DNA from: an uncultured Candidatus Binatia bacterium
GTDB lineage: Bacteria > Desulfobacterota > Binatia > UBA9968 > JAJDTQ01
DNA length: 64,000 nt
Assembly: GCA_965213675.1 (NCBI GenBank)
Contig: CBDCAF010000018.1
Span: 19,905-83,904, forward strand
Direction: 5' to 3'
The translations under genes were made by a program, and so were the position numbers. The notes under the pieces are model-generated. The model was not told the origin of the DNA. It did not search any database and saw only the letters and a list, made by a program, of their open reading frames with translations. Below are positions 9,389-19,838 of this stretch, one piece after another (within the stretch, counting starts at the first letter, position 1; each line of letters begins with the position of its first letter).

Positions 9389-10423
9389 CTAGCACTTGTC
9401 GTCCGCACTCGAGATCTGGTGCGCGGCCACCGCGGCGCGGGCTTGGGCGAGGTAGCTTCGGCTTACCGGGATCGTGTGGCCGCCGGTGAGGCGCAGGACG
9501 GGGCGCTGATCGCGTTTGCCCCAGCCCTCCACGTGGTCAAAGGCGATCCAGTGCGAACGATGCACGCGCATGCCCCGGCTCCCGAGCTCTTCGACGGCGT
9601 CCGTGAAACGCATGAGAAGCTCGCAGCGACCCGAGGTGGTGACGACGGTCACGTAGTGGTCGTTCATCGTGAGGTGGATGACGTCCTGGCCGATCTCGGC
9701 GGGCAAGCGATCAGCCAGGGCCGATGCGGCGCCGGCAGGGGCGGTGGCGGAGTGCGCCGGTGCGGGTTGGGGCTTAGTCCGTTCGGTTTCGAGGGCGCCG
9801 CGGGCCGGGGAGTCATCCAACGATCCCGCCGCCGTTTCCTGGACCTTCGCCTCTGCCGCGGCTTCCGAAACTCCCGCAGCCTCCGCAGTCGCCGTCTCGA
9901 TTTGCTCCAGGCCGTTGGGCTTCACGGGCACACGCTTGAGGCGTCGGGTCAACAGGCAGTGGACCATGGCGCTGCACAACAGGGTCGAGAACAACACGGA
10001 AGCGTAAACCGTGGTCAGGTGGAATTCGGAAAGCTGCCTGAACGAAACCGTGTCCACGCCATAGATGATGGCGGTGGAGGCTGGGGTGGTCAGGAGGGCG
10101 GCTCCAGCGACCGCCAGCGCCACGTGCAGCGGGGATCGCCTGCGCGTGAGATAGAGTGTCACCACGTACTCGGCGTGGCACATGAACACGCACAGCGCGG
10201 CGCCGAAGCCGGTAAACGCCAAGCGCTGGACCCAAGGGGCCTCACGGGCCCCCACGGGACAGAGGGTCAGGTAAGCCCCGAGATAGACGGTCATCATGAT
10301 GGCGACCCGCCCCAGCAGCCAAGGACGCAACGCCTCGCGATACGCGTACTGCCTTGACGGTCCGCCCGCATCGGTGAGGCGATTGTCCTCAATTGGTGAA
10401 GAAATAGTCCCGGAGTTGTCCAT
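9389..10423 (-). CDS. membrane-anchored LytTR DNA-binding domain protein
   Basis: N-terminal hydrophobic helices, Ala-rich linker, C-terminal DHYV...GMRVHRSHW...IPVSRSY LytTR motif. Confidence 0.88.
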   Translation of the reverse strand: MDNSGTISSPIEDNRLTDAGGPSRQYAYREALRPWLLGRVAIMMTVYLGAYLTLCPVGAREAPWVQRLAFTGFGAALCVFMCHAEYVVTLYLTRRRSPLHVALAVAGAALLTTPASTAIIYGVDTVSFRQLSEFHLTTVYASVLFSTLLCSAMVHCLLTRRLKRVPVKPNGLEQIETATAEAAGVSEAAAEAKVQETAAGSLDDSPARGALETERTKPQPAPAHSATAPAGAASALADRLPAEIGQDVIHLTMNDHYVTVVTTSGRCELLMRFTDAVEELGSRGMRVHRSHWIAFDHVEGWGKRDQRPVLRLTGGHTIPVSRSYLAQARAAVAAHQISSADDKC

Positions 10424-10770
10424 GGCGTCGGCACACCCTTACGCCCGCTTTGACCTCCGCCGTGGCCAGGGATGCACTCCCCGGCATGAGGCCCGACGCA
10501 GGCCGTTTGAAACAGGACGACCGATTGATACAGACGTATTTGGTATCCTCCGCCATGTCAACGCGCCGCGTCAACGGTCTGGTGTTTGCGACACGGCCGC
10601 CCCTCCAGGATGGCTCCGGCGCTGAAACCCGGATCATTCCGCGGGTGCGTTCTTGCAGGTGCATGCGGAAGTCCGGTGTCCTTTGCGTCAGTCCCGGATG
10701 CCCCCTTCTGTCATTCCCGCGCTGTGCGTTCTTGTGGCGTGCCGGGATTTTGTCTAAGTGTCTGAGTCTA

Positions 10771-10931
10771 GGAGCCTGTCGGGTTTGTCGAATCGTAGCG
10801 AGAGGCAGAGGGATGGAGGCCAGTTTCGGGCGGATTTGAGGACAAGATTGGTAATATTGGACGAAAATCCAACCGGCAATGGACCCATTCCCCTGCCTCG
10901 CAGCAGATTCTTGATAAACCCGACAGGCCCC
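10771..10931. mobile_element. second MITE family (IS5-like ends) flanked by TA
   Basis: GGAGCCTGTCGGGTTTGTC (10771) versus GATAAACCCGACAGGCCCC (ending 10931), 17/19 inverted match; TA on both sides; internal inverted segment. Confidence 0.75.
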
Positions 10932-10932
10932 T

Positions 10933-10987
10933 AGTGTCGTGTCCCGCAAATTACTGCGATAATTTGCCGGTATGGATACGACGCCAG
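10933..10987. repeat. short derivative of the 6733 MITE
   Basis: AGTGTCGTGTCCCGCAAATTACTGCGATAATTTGC nearly identical to the 6733 left end; degenerate right end GGATACGACGCCA. Confidence 0.7.
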
Positions 10988-11047
10988 GAAATGCTGAAAC
11001 ATGGCTTTGCGCGGGCCGTCAGCCCAGCGTGGCCCAGGGAGGAATTC

Positions 11048-11995
11048 ATGAGCGACTTTTACAGCGAATGGCTGAACACCACGGATCGGAACGAGCAGTT
11101 TGTCGAAAACGCGCCGCGGGTGGCGCGCCACACCGAACTGGATTGGGTCCAGACGCGACAGGACGCCAGGGCGGCGTTGATGATCGCGCCCGAGCGAGGC
11201 TTTCCCACCGGCGGGAGCATGATGATGCGGGCGGAGATTCCCGTGGGTTGGCACACCGGGCGTCACAGCCACGGCGAGGAAGCCATCTACGTGGAAAGCG
11301 GCACGGGCTTCATGGTGCTGGACGGCAAGCGCTACGACTTCGGGCCGGGCACGGTCCTGCACGTGCCCTATCGGTCCGAGCACCAGTTGTTCAACACCGG
11401 CGACGTGCCGGTGGGCTACATCTCCGGGCTGGCCTGGCACCTGGAGGCCTCGATGTACATGGGCCGCATGGATCAGTTCGAGGACTGCGGCGCCAACAAT
11501 CCGGAGGCGCTGACCGCCATCGGACCGGAAGAGTCGCAGGACTGGCCGGAAGACGGCCGGCGTATCTCCATGCACCAGGACCAGCACGAGCTTTCGGCCG
11601 AGTCCAAGCACGGCGCCACCTACTTCCTCATGGGCCGCAGCGGCAGCCGCAATGGTTTCAAGGCCACGGCCGCGGCCATCAGTTCCATCTTCGTTGAGTT
11701 GCCGCGCTCCAAGAGCCACAGCCACGCGCACCCCGAGGCATACCTCTACGCGCTCAAAGGGGCGGGCTACTCGGAGATCGGCGGCAAGCAGTACAACTGG
11801 GAGCAGGGCGACGCCGTGCACGTGCCGCCCGGCATGATGCACCACCAGCACTTCAACCCCAGCGATGGCGAGACCCGTGAGCTCCGCTTCGAGTTCGGCA
11901 TCCGCTACTGGCTGGTGGATCAGTGGAAGGGCTACACCACCATCGACAAGCACCTGCGCGCCATGTCCATGGACGAGGACGACGAGGACAAGTAG
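11048..11995 (+). CDS. bicupin protein (gentisate 1,2-dioxygenase-like)
   Basis: Two cupin motifs: HSHGEE...G.G...H and HAHPEA...G.G...HHQH; GGAGG RBS. Confidence 0.85.
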   Translation: MSDFYSEWLNTTDRNEQFVENAPRVARHTELDWVQTRQDARAALMIAPERGFPTGGSMMMRAEIPVGWHTGRHSHGEEAIYVESGTGFMVLDGKRYDFGPGTVLHVPYRSEHQLFNTGDVPVGYISGLAWHLEASMYMGRMDQFEDCGANNPEALTAIGPEESQDWPEDGRRISMHQDQHELSAESKHGATYFLMGRSGSRNGFKATAAAISSIFVELPRSKSHSHAHPEAYLYALKGAGYSEIGGKQYNWEQGDAVHVPPGMMHHQHFNPSDGETRELRFEFGIRYWLVDQWKGYTTIDKHLRAMSMDEDDEDK

Positions 11996-12119
11996 CCCGG
12001 AAGGATTCTCTCCGTGGCGGGCGCGGGTCCGGTGGGCGCAGGATGACGAACAGGGCGACGTGACGGCAGCGGACGGTATCTGTCCGCTGCCTGGACAGGA
12101 CGAGCGCGCGCGCCAACCA

Positions 12120-14174
12120 TTATTCGCGGATTCCCGCCAAGTCCAGCAGAAATGCGTATTCCAGGGCGATCTCGCGATAGCGCTTGAAGCGCCCGGACGC
12201 GCCGCCGTGCCCGGCTTCCATGTTGGTCTTGAGCAACAGGCGGTTGGGGTCGGTCTTGACCGCGCGCAGCTTGGCCACCCATTTGGCAGGCTCCCAGTAC
12301 TGCACCTGAGAGTCGTGCAGTCCGGTGGTCACGAGCATGTGGGGGTAGTCCCGGGCCGCGACGTTGTCGTAGGGTGAGTACGACAGTATGTAGTTGTAGA
12401 ATTCCTTGTCGTTGGGGTTGCCCCACTCGTCGTACTCGCCGGTGGTGAGAGGAATGTCGGGGTCCAGCATGGTGGTGACCACATCCACGAACGGCACCTG
12501 CGCCACCACGCCCTGGAACAGGTCCGGCCGCAGGTTCACCACCGCCCCCATCAGCAGGCCGCCGGCGCTTCCACCCATGGCGAACAGCCGCTCCCGCGAG
12601 GTATAGCCCTCCGCGATCAGATGCTCGGCGCACGCGACGAAGTCCGTGAAGGTGTTCTTCTTCCGGAGCAGCCTGCCGTCCTCGTACCACGCCCGCCCCA
12701 TCTCTTCGCCGCCGCGGATGTGCGCGATGGCGAAGACGAAGCCACGGTCGAGCAGGCTCAGGCGCGCCGAGCCGAAGCCGGCGTCCAGGCTGTGGCCGTA
12801 GGAGCCGTAGCCGTAGAGCAGCAGCGGCGCGCGGCCGTCGCGCGCCGTCCCCTTCCGGTACACCAGCGAAATGGGCACCCGGGCGCCGTCCGCGGCGGTG
12901 GCGTGAAGCCGCTCGGTGCGGTATTGCCCGCTGTCGAAACCGCCCAGGACCTCCTCTTGCTTGAGCAGGGTCTTCTCCCGCGTCACCATGTCGTAGTCGT
13001 AGATGGAGCTGGGCGTAGTCATGGAGGTGTAGCCGTAGCGCAGTACCGTGGTGTCGAACTCCGGGTTGACGCTTGTGCCCGCGGCATAGGCGGGCTCGCC
13101 GAACTCCAGGTAGTGCTCCTCCGAGCCGTCCCACGGGATGATGCGGATGCGCATGAGCCCGTCGTGGCGTTCCTCCAGCACCAAGTGGTCCTGGAACACC
13201 TCGAAGCCCTCCAGCAACACGTCGGGCCGGTGCGGAATGACTTCCTTCCAATGGTCCTTGCCGGTGTGGTCCAAGGGCGTGGACACGAGCCGGAAATTGC
13301 GGGCTTCGTGATTGGTGTGGATGAAGAAGCGGTCCTCGAAATGGTCCACGGCGTGTTCGTGTCCCCGCTCCCGCGGCAGGAATACGGTGAACGCGCCGGT
13401 GGGGTCGCTGGCGTCGAGGTAGCGGTACTCGTTGCTCAGGGTCTGCGCGGAGACGATCATCAGGTAGCGCTTGGACTTGGTCTTGAACACGTGGGCCGAG
13501 AAGGTGTCGTCGGTTTCTTCGTAAACGAGCACGTCGTCATCCGGGTCGGTTCCCAGCGCGTGGCGGTAGATGCGGCAGGAGCGCAGGGTCTCGGGGTCCT
13601 GCTTGGCGTAGAACAGGGTTCGGTCGTCGTTTGCCCAGGTGATGTTGCTGGTCACCTCGGGGATGACGTCGGAAAGGGTCGCGCCGGTGGCGAGATCCTT
13701 GAATCGGACGGTGTAGATGCGCCGCCCCTGGGTGTCCTCGGTGTACGCCAGCAGACCCTGGCCGAAGCTCACCGCGATCCTCCCCACCGAGTAGAACTCG
13801 TGGCCCTCGGCGAGGACATTCACGTCGAGCATCATCTCTTCCGGATTGTCCAGGGACTCGCGCTTGCGCGCATACAGCGGATACTCCTGGCCCTCCTGGA
13901 AACGGGTGTAGTAATAGTAGTCGTCCCGCCGGTAGGGCACCGACATGTCCGTCTGCTTGATGCGCCCCTTGATCTCTTCGAACAGCGCCTCCTCGAGCTC
14001 CTGAACGTGGGCCATGGCCGCCGCGGTGTGGGCGTTTTCCGCTTCCAGGTAGGCCACCGTGTCGGGGTTCTCGCGTTCCCTCAGCCAGTAATAGTCATCG
14101 ATGCGCACGTGACCGTGATGCTCGAGCCTTTTGGGAGAAATCTTGGCCGTGGGTGGATTGAGGAAGCGTTCCAT
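12120..14174 (-). CDS. ptrB: oligopeptidase B (S9A)
   Basis: DDYYWLR, GGSAGG, DSQVQYWEPAKW, AGHGG catalytic motifs. Confidence 0.95.
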   Translation of the reverse strand: MERFLNPPTAKISPKRLEHHGHVRIDDYYWLRERENPDTVAYLEAENAHTAAAMAHVQELEEALFEEIKGRIKQTDMSVPYRRDDYYYYTRFQEGQEYPLYARKRESLDNPEEMMLDVNVLAEGHEFYSVGRIAVSFGQGLLAYTEDTQGRRIYTVRFKDLATGATLSDVIPEVTSNITWANDDRTLFYAKQDPETLRSCRIYRHALGTDPDDDVLVYEETDDTFSAHVFKTKSKRYLMIVSAQTLSNEYRYLDASDPTGAFTVFLPRERGHEHAVDHFEDRFFIHTNHEARNFRLVSTPLDHTGKDHWKEVIPHRPDVLLEGFEVFQDHLVLEERHDGLMRIRIIPWDGSEEHYLEFGEPAYAAGTSVNPEFDTTVLRYGYTSMTTPSSIYDYDMVTREKTLLKQEEVLGGFDSGQYRTERLHATAADGARVPISLVYRKGTARDGRAPLLLYGYGSYGHSLDAGFGSARLSLLDRGFVFAIAHIRGGEEMGRAWYEDGRLLRKKNTFTDFVACAEHLIAEGYTSRERLFAMGGSAGGLLMGAVVNLRPDLFQGVVAQVPFVDVVTTMLDPDIPLTTGEYDEWGNPNDKEFYNYILSYSPYDNVAARDYPHMLVTTGLHDSQVQYWEPAKWVAKLRAVKTDPNRLLLKTNMEAGHGGASGRFKRYREIALEYAFLLDLAGIRE

Positions 14175-14336
14175 GCCACCACCTTAGCAGAGAATCAGGC
14201 GCGCTCACGAACGCGGCTCGGACTCGCATTCCGTTGCCGAACGCTATAGCCTGTGCGCGAACGAAGGGGTACGAAAAGGGGTACGAAGGGGACGCGTTCG
14301 ACAAGGACACGAGGGTTTCCGGGCAAGGAGGGCATC

Positions 14337-15392
14337 ATGGCGACCAGGGCGGTCAAGGAATTCGAGGTCCATCCCTACGTGCAGTTCATGAGCGACCGGT
14401 TCGGTGCGTATGACCGCTGGATCGAGTCCGAGGGGTTGCCCGTGGTGAGCGGCTCCCATGTCCAGGACGTGCGCCGCATGGAACTGGGCGCGTGGCCGCG
14501 CCGGGGCGGCAAGGGCGCTTACCTGTCGTTCTCCGACCAGCGCGTGGCCGACGGCTACGTGTGCGAGATCGCGCCGGGTTCGAGCCTCGAGCCCCAACGG
14601 CACCTCTTCGAGGAGATCGTGCTCATCACCCAGGGGCGCGGCGCCACCACGGTATGGTACGACGAGGCGCGCAAGCGCGCCTTCGAGTGGGAGACCGGTA
14701 GTCTCTTCGCCATTCCGCTCAATGCCTGGCACCAGCACTTCAACGCCAGCGGACAGGAACCGGCGCGCTACTTCGCCCTTACGAGCGCCCCGGTGGTGTT
14801 CGAGCTCTACCGGGACCCGGATTTCATCTTCAACACCGACCATGTCTTCAGGGACCGCTTCGATCCGGCCCAGGAGGACTTCTTCAGTCGTGAAGGAAGG
14901 TACAACACCGACTACTACGGCGGCATCCTGGAGAACAATTTCATCAGCAATATCCGCGACATCAAGCTGGTCCCGCGGGAGAAGCGCGGCAAGGGCAACC
15001 GCAACATGTACATCCACATGGCCGGCAGCACCATGCTCGCGCATGTCTCCCAGTTCCCGGTGGGAACCTACAAGAAGGCGCACCGCCACGGCCCCGGCGC
15101 TCACATCTACATGCTCGACTCCACCGGCTACTCGCTCATGTGGCAGGAGGGCGAGAAGCCCCAGCGCTTCGACTGGCAGGAAGGCACGGTGATGTCGCCG
15201 CCGGCCGGGAGCTGGCACCAGCACTACAACACCGGCCCGGAGCCCTGTCGGTTCGTGGCGCTGCACGCCTCCACCGCGGTCCAGGGCGAGGAGCGTGGCG
15301 TCGAGCAGATCGAGTTCGAGGACGAGGACCGGGCGTTGCGGCAAATGTACCAGGACGAGTGCGCGCGCAACGGCGTCACGGCGCAGATGTGA
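14337..15392 (+). CDS. bicupin protein
   Basis: QRHLFEE...WHQHFN and KAHRHGPG...WHQHYN cupin motifs; AAGGAGG RBS before MATRAVK. Confidence 0.87.
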   Translation: MATRAVKEFEVHPYVQFMSDRFGAYDRWIESEGLPVVSGSHVQDVRRMELGAWPRRGGKGAYLSFSDQRVADGYVCEIAPGSSLEPQRHLFEEIVLITQGRGATTVWYDEARKRAFEWETGSLFAIPLNAWHQHFNASGQEPARYFALTSAPVVFELYRDPDFIFNTDHVFRDRFDPAQEDFFSREGRYNTDYYGGILENNFISNIRDIKLVPREKRGKGNRNMYIHMAGSTMLAHVSQFPVGTYKKAHRHGPGAHIYMLDSTGYSLMWQEGEKPQRFDWQEGTVMSPPAGSWHQHYNTGPEPCRFVALHASTAVQGEERGVEQIEFEDEDRALRQMYQDECARNGVTAQM

Positions 15393-15537
15393 CCCGCGCG
15401 TGTGACCGCATGGCCGGCGCGGCGCGTGCCGCAACGATGTCGCGCGCCGTGTCCTCCACCACGACGCATGTGTCCTACCGGTGACGCCGCCGGTGCGCCG
15501 GCGCGGGCCAGACCCGTCAAATGCGAAAGGAGCCGTC

Positions 15538-15993
15538 ATGAGCGAAGGCACGCCCAGGAGAGCCCGGGCCATGGGCATCAACCACGTGGTGCTGGAGGTA
15601 GGGGATCTGGACGAGGCGCTGGAGTTCTACGGCGCCATCTTCGACTTCAGCCTGCGCGGCCGGAGCGACCGCAACGCCTTCATCGACCTGGGCGACCAGT
15701 TCATCCAGTTGAGCTTGGGAAAGACCCAGGAGGCGGACGGGAAACGCCACTTCGGCTTTGTCGTGGACGACCGCGAGCCGGTGCGCGCCGCCCTCGCCCG
15801 CCTCGGGGTGCCGCCCCTGGACCAGCGCCTCAACTTCCGCGACCCGTGGGGCAACCGCATCGAGGTGGTGCCCTACAATGAAATTCAGTTCTCCAAGGCG
15901 CCCCACGTGCTCAGTGGCATGGGCCTCGGCGCATTGAAGAAGACGTCATCGGCCGCCGCGGAACTTGCAAAGAAGGGCATGGCGCCGGACTGA
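15538..15993 (+). CDS. VOC/glyoxalase family protein
   Basis: INHVVLEV.DL..A..FY, HFGFVVD, DPWGNRIE. Confidence 0.88.
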   Translation: MSEGTPRRARAMGINHVVLEVGDLDEALEFYGAIFDFSLRGRSDRNAFIDLGDQFIQLSLGKTQEADGKRHFGFVVDDREPVRAALARLGVPPLDQRLNFRDPWGNRIEVVPYNEIQFSKAPHVLSGMGLGALKKTSSAAAELAKKGMAPD

Positions 15994-16016
15994 GGCCGGC
16001 GCCGCCCTGCGTTCGC

Positions 16017-17054
16017 TCAGGACTGCGGCTTCTTGAAGCCGGTCAGGATTTGCAGGTACTCCTTGATGTCCGGAGGCATGTTGTTCAGCCCGGTCAGGGC
16101 CTCTCGGATGGCCGTGGGCGACACATAGGCGATGTTGAGGCGCGCCTTTCGGGTCTCCTTGAGGAATTCGGGGTTCTCCATCACCGCTTGGAAGGCCTTC
16201 CGCAGGATCGCGACCCGTTCCTTGGGCGTGCCCGGTGGCAGCGTGTAGACGCGGGTGATGGTGTTCTGCCGGTCCCACGCCTTGAAGGCCTTCGCATGCT
16301 GGCCCTTGAGCACGTCGGAGAACAGCGGGACGTCCTTCACCTCCGGGTCCTGATGACGCTTGGTGATGATGAAGGGAACGAACTTGTTGTCGCCGGTGGC
16401 GTCCAGCATGCCCCGCGCGGTGACCCTCATGGACTCCCACGTCCAGCACGCGCCGTCCACTTCGCCGGACTCCATGGCGAGGCGTATCTTGGAAGTGCCG
16501 CCGTAGCCCGGAATGCTCTTGAACTTGGTGCCCAGTTGCCGGTTCAGGAACAGAAACGGGTCGGTGGTGTTGCCGGGCGCGCGCGTGCCGCCCATGGTGA
16601 CCTCTCTCCCTGACTTGACGACATCATCCAGGGTCTTGAGCCCCGACCGCGCCATCAGGCCGCACGTGACCGAGTCCGACGTGGGTGTGCCGATGTACTC
16701 GAACTCCTTGGGCTCGATCTGCACCTTTTTGTCGCCCATGGCGTGGGCGAAGATCAGTGCGGGGCTCCAGACGCCGAGGGTCGCTCCGTCGGGCTTGGCC
16801 TTTCTGAATACGAAGTTGGCCGTGATCAGGCTTCCGGCCCCGGGCAGATTCTGCACAATCGGCGTGGGGTTGCCTGGGATATACTGGCCGATGTGGCGGG
16901 CAATGTAGCGGGTATAGGTGTCATAGCCGCCCCCGGGGGTGAACCCCACCAGCATGCGCAGGTTCTTGCCCTTGTAGAATTCCTCCGCTCCTGCCGCGGC
17001 AGATCCCAGTACGAGCGCCAGCACCACGGCCAGTGACTTGATCATGCGAGACAT
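16017..17054 (-). CDS. tripartite tricarboxylate transporter substrate-binding protein (Bug/TctC family)
   Basis: Signal peptide, VGFTPGGGYD, NLPGAGS, PPGTPKER. Confidence 0.88.
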   Translation of the reverse strand: MSRMIKSLAVVLALVLGSAAAGAEEFYKGKNLRMLVGFTPGGGYDTYTRYIARHIGQYIPGNPTPIVQNLPGAGSLITANFVFRKAKPDGATLGVWSPALIFAHAMGDKKVQIEPKEFEYIGTPTSDSVTCGLMARSGLKTLDDVVKSGREVTMGGTRAPGNTTDPFLFLNRQLGTKFKSIPGYGGTSKIRLAMESGEVDGACWTWESMRVTARGMLDATGDNKFVPFIITKRHQDPEVKDVPLFSDVLKGQHAKAFKAWDRQNTITRVYTLPPGTPKERVAILRKAFQAVMENPEFLKETRKARLNIAYVSPTAIREALTGLNNMPPDIKEYLQILTGFKKPQS

Positions 17055-17402
17055 CGGTAACCTCCTTGAAGTGTTTGGGGTCTTCGGTCGGACAGAACCG
17101 GCTACCCGTAACAACACGCCATGGGAGTGTCAACACTGGCGAGGCGGTCCAGCGAAGCCTGGCACTCCTCGTGTGCCGCACCTGCTTCACAGACCCACCG
17201 ATTGGATGGCTATCCAGATGGATTTCGCGCCGAACCACGGTCATCCGCTTTCGAACCGACCCAATTTGCACGCCTCGCAACGGCTTGTTAGGTTGCCAGC
17301 CATTGGCGGTGCTTCGGCGCCGGGTGCACGGATCCTCGAACGGGGATCCTCGATGCGGTGAGGCTGGCAGGGACGCAGCCCGCTGGAAAGGAGAACGGAA
17401 GG

Positions 17403-18284
17403 ATGCGCATTCGAACGACAGGGCGGTTTGCAGGACGGTTCGTTTCGAAGGCAATCGTGGTCCTTGGAGTAGCGGTGACGGGTGTCAGCCTGTTGCTTGG
17501 CAGTGCCGGCGCCGCATCCCTTCTGGAAAAGGCCAAGGCCGGGGAGACCGTCCGGATCGGTTTCGCCAACGAGATTCCCTGGGCCTATCCGGGAGACAAT
17601 AACGTGCCCAAGGGCTTCGTGAACGCCATTGCCATCGGCGTGCTCAACGAGATGGGGATCACCAAGATCCAACCCGTGGTCACGGATTGGGGCGGACTGA
17701 TTCCCGGTCTCAAGGCCAACCGGTTCGATGTCATTACCGGCGGCATGTACATTCTCAAGAGCCGTTGTCAGAACATCAACTTCTCGGATCCCATCGGGAT
17801 CTTCGGTGACGCGTTCATCGTTGCCAAGGGCAATCCCAAGAACCTGCACAACTACCAGGACATCAAGAAGCAGAACGCCGTCCTGGTGACCGGCGCCGGC
17901 TACAATATCGTGGAGGCGGCGAAGAAGGAGGGCGTGCCCACCGCCCAGGTCATGCAGGTGCCGGGTCCCACGGAGATCCTGGCGGCGGTCCGGGCCGGAC
18001 GCGCGGACGCCGGCGGCGTGACGTTTTTCACGGCGAACGCGCTGGTGAAGAAGAGTGGCGGCGCGGTGGATGTCAGCGATCCTTCGAAACAGCCGGAGTG
18101 GACCTACAACTGGGTCGGCATCGGCTTCCGCAAGTCGGACACGGCCTTCCTGAAGGCGTTCAACGAAGCCTTGGCCAAGCACCTGGGCTCGGACAAGATG
18201 ATGGCCGCGGTCAAGGAGTATAGCTACACCAAGGCGCAGCTTCCCGGTGACGGCAGCACGGCATTCGCCTGCGCCAACCGCTGA
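17403..18284 (+). CDS. ehuB: ectoine/hydroxyectoine ABC transporter substrate-binding protein
   Basis: RIGFANEIPWAY, LIPGLKANRFD, GMYI...RC; upstream of two permeases and an ATPase. Confidence 0.85.
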   Translation: MRIRTTGRFAGRFVSKAIVVLGVAVTGVSLLLGSAGAASLLEKAKAGETVRIGFANEIPWAYPGDNNVPKGFVNAIAIGVLNEMGITKIQPVVTDWGGLIPGLKANRFDVITGGMYILKSRCQNINFSDPIGIFGDAFIVAKGNPKNLHNYQDIKKQNAVLVTGAGYNIVEAAKKEGVPTAQVMQVPGPTEILAAVRAGRADAGGVTFFTANALVKKSGGAVDVSDPSKQPEWTYNWVGIGFRKSDTAFLKAFNEALAKHLGSDKMMAAVKEYSYTKAQLPGDGSTAFACANR

Positions 18285-18489
18285 GCCCGCCGCGGCCCCG
18301 CCCACGGGGTCAGGCGGCAGCAGCCCGGCGGCCCACGCGGTTCAAACACGCACCGGCCGCCGGGCCGCGATGGGCGGAGCGGCCCGGGCCCGGTCCCCGC
18401 TGCTTGAACCCGGTGTGCGACCGTGCGTGACCGCGACCGCTGTTGATCCGGACGCGTGACCGCTCCTGCTCGCGCTGGCGGGGAACCCG

Positions 18490-19155
18490 ATGTCCTACTT
18501 CGACTTCCTCGCGACACACGGTTGGCGCTTGGCCGAAGGTGTCGTGGTGACGGCGCAGCAGACCGTGCTGGCGGCGGCGCTGGCGGTGGTCATCGCATTG
18601 GTGATGGGGCTGATGCGGCTTTCGCCCAACGCCGCGGTGCGCGGCACGGCCACGTGCTACATCGAGGTCTTCCGCGGCACCTCGCTCCTCATCCAGCTCT
18701 ACTGGATCTTCTTCGTGTTGCCCCTGTTCGGGCTCACCCTTGAGAAGTTCGTCGCGGGTTTCGTGGCGGTGGGGATGAACCTGGGCGCCTATGGGGCGGA
18801 GGTGGTGCGGGGCGCGATCCAGGCCGTGCCCCGGGGTCAATATGAGGCCGCGCTGGCGCTCAACCTGTCGCCCTGGACGCGGATGCAACGCATTATCCTG
18901 CCCCAGGCCTTCCTGATCATGCTCCCGCCCTGGGGCAACCTCCTGATCGAGCTCCTCAAGGCCACCGCGCTGGTGGCCCTGATTTCGGTGACCGACCTGA
19001 TGTTTCAGGCCAAGCAGATCAACGGTTACACGTTTCTGTCGGCCGAGGCTTTCGGCACTGCGCTGGTGATCTACTACGTCATGGCGCGGCTCTTGATCTC
19101 GCCTTCCATGCGCTGGCTGGAGGGCATGATGGCGCGCAAGATGGGCCGGGCCTGA
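18490..19155 (+). CDS. ehuC: ectoine ABC transporter permease
   Basis: YIEVFRGTSLLIQLYW, GAYGAEVVRGAI, MLPPWGNLLIELLK. Confidence 0.87.
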   Translation: MSYFDFLATHGWRLAEGVVVTAQQTVLAAALAVVIALVMGLMRLSPNAAVRGTATCYIEVFRGTSLLIQLYWIFFVLPLFGLTLEKFVAGFVAVGMNLGAYGAEVVRGAIQAVPRGQYEAALALNLSPWTRMQRIILPQAFLIMLPPWGNLLIELLKATALVALISVTDLMFQAKQINGYTFLSAEAFGTALVIYYVMARLLISPSMRWLEGMMARKMGRA

Positions 19156-19166
19156 TCGAGGCGGGG

Positions 19167-19838
19167 ATGTTCGACTGGCGCTGGGACTTCACGTTCGAGA
19201 TTCTGCCGCAGCTCCTGTGGGCGACGCTCAACACGTTGATGGCCGCGGGCATCGGCTACGGCATCGCCTTGGTGCTGGGGCTGGTGTTCTGCCTGGCGCA
19301 ACGTACGCCGTGGCGCGCCTTGACCCGGGTCGTGCGCGAGGCCGTGGAGTTCATCCGCTCGACCCCACTGGTGTTGCAGATCTTCTTCGTGTTCTATGTC
19401 GGTCCGCAGTTCGGCGTTCGGCTGTCGCCGTGGACTTCGGGCATGATCGCCATCGGGCTCCACTACGCCGCCTACCTGTCGGAAGTATACCGGGGCGGTC
19501 TCGACGCCGTGCCCAAGGGGCAGTGGGAGGCGTGCCACGCGCTCCATCTGAGCACGACGCGAACCTATTTCCGGATCATCATCCCGCAGGCGCTACCGGC
19601 CGCCCTGCCCGGCATGGGCAACTATCTCGTGGGGATATTCAAGGACACCCCCATGCTGTCGGTCATCGCCGTCACCGAACTCTTGCAGGCCGCCAACGCC
19701 ATCGGCTCGGAGACCTATCGTTTCCTGGAACCCTACACCATGGTCGGGGTGATATTTCTGGCGATCTCGTTGCCCGCGGCGGCCGGACTTCGCGCGTTCG
19801 AGGCCTGGGTGCGGCGGGCGCTGGGGATGAGTCGATGA
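19167..19838 (+). CDS. ehuD: ectoine ABC transporter permease
   Basis: WRWDF N-terminus, EFIRSTPL, GLHYAAYLSEVYR, FKDTP. Confidence 0.87.
   Translation: MFDWRWDFTFEILPQLLWATLNTLMAAGIGYGIALVLGLVFCLAQRTPWRALTRVVREAVEFIRSTPLVLQIFFVFYVGPQFGVRLSPWTSGMIAIGLHYAAYLSEVYRGGLDAVPKGQWEACHALHLSTTRTYFRIIIPQALPAALPGMGNYLVGIFKDTPMLSVIAVTELLQAANAIGSETYRFLEPYTMVGVIFLAISLPAAAGLRAFEAWVRRALGMSR

Noticed and set aside
14261-14294. Short tandem repeat (ACGAAGGGGT-like, about 3 copies) upstream of the cupin gene
   Set aside because: Too short and irregular for a CRISPR or iteron array; no spacers and no supportable function.
17055-17402. Riboswitch or sRNA in the long divergent region upstream of ehuB
   Set aside because: I could not recognise any known aptamer consensus by eye; an Rfam/Infernal scan would be needed.
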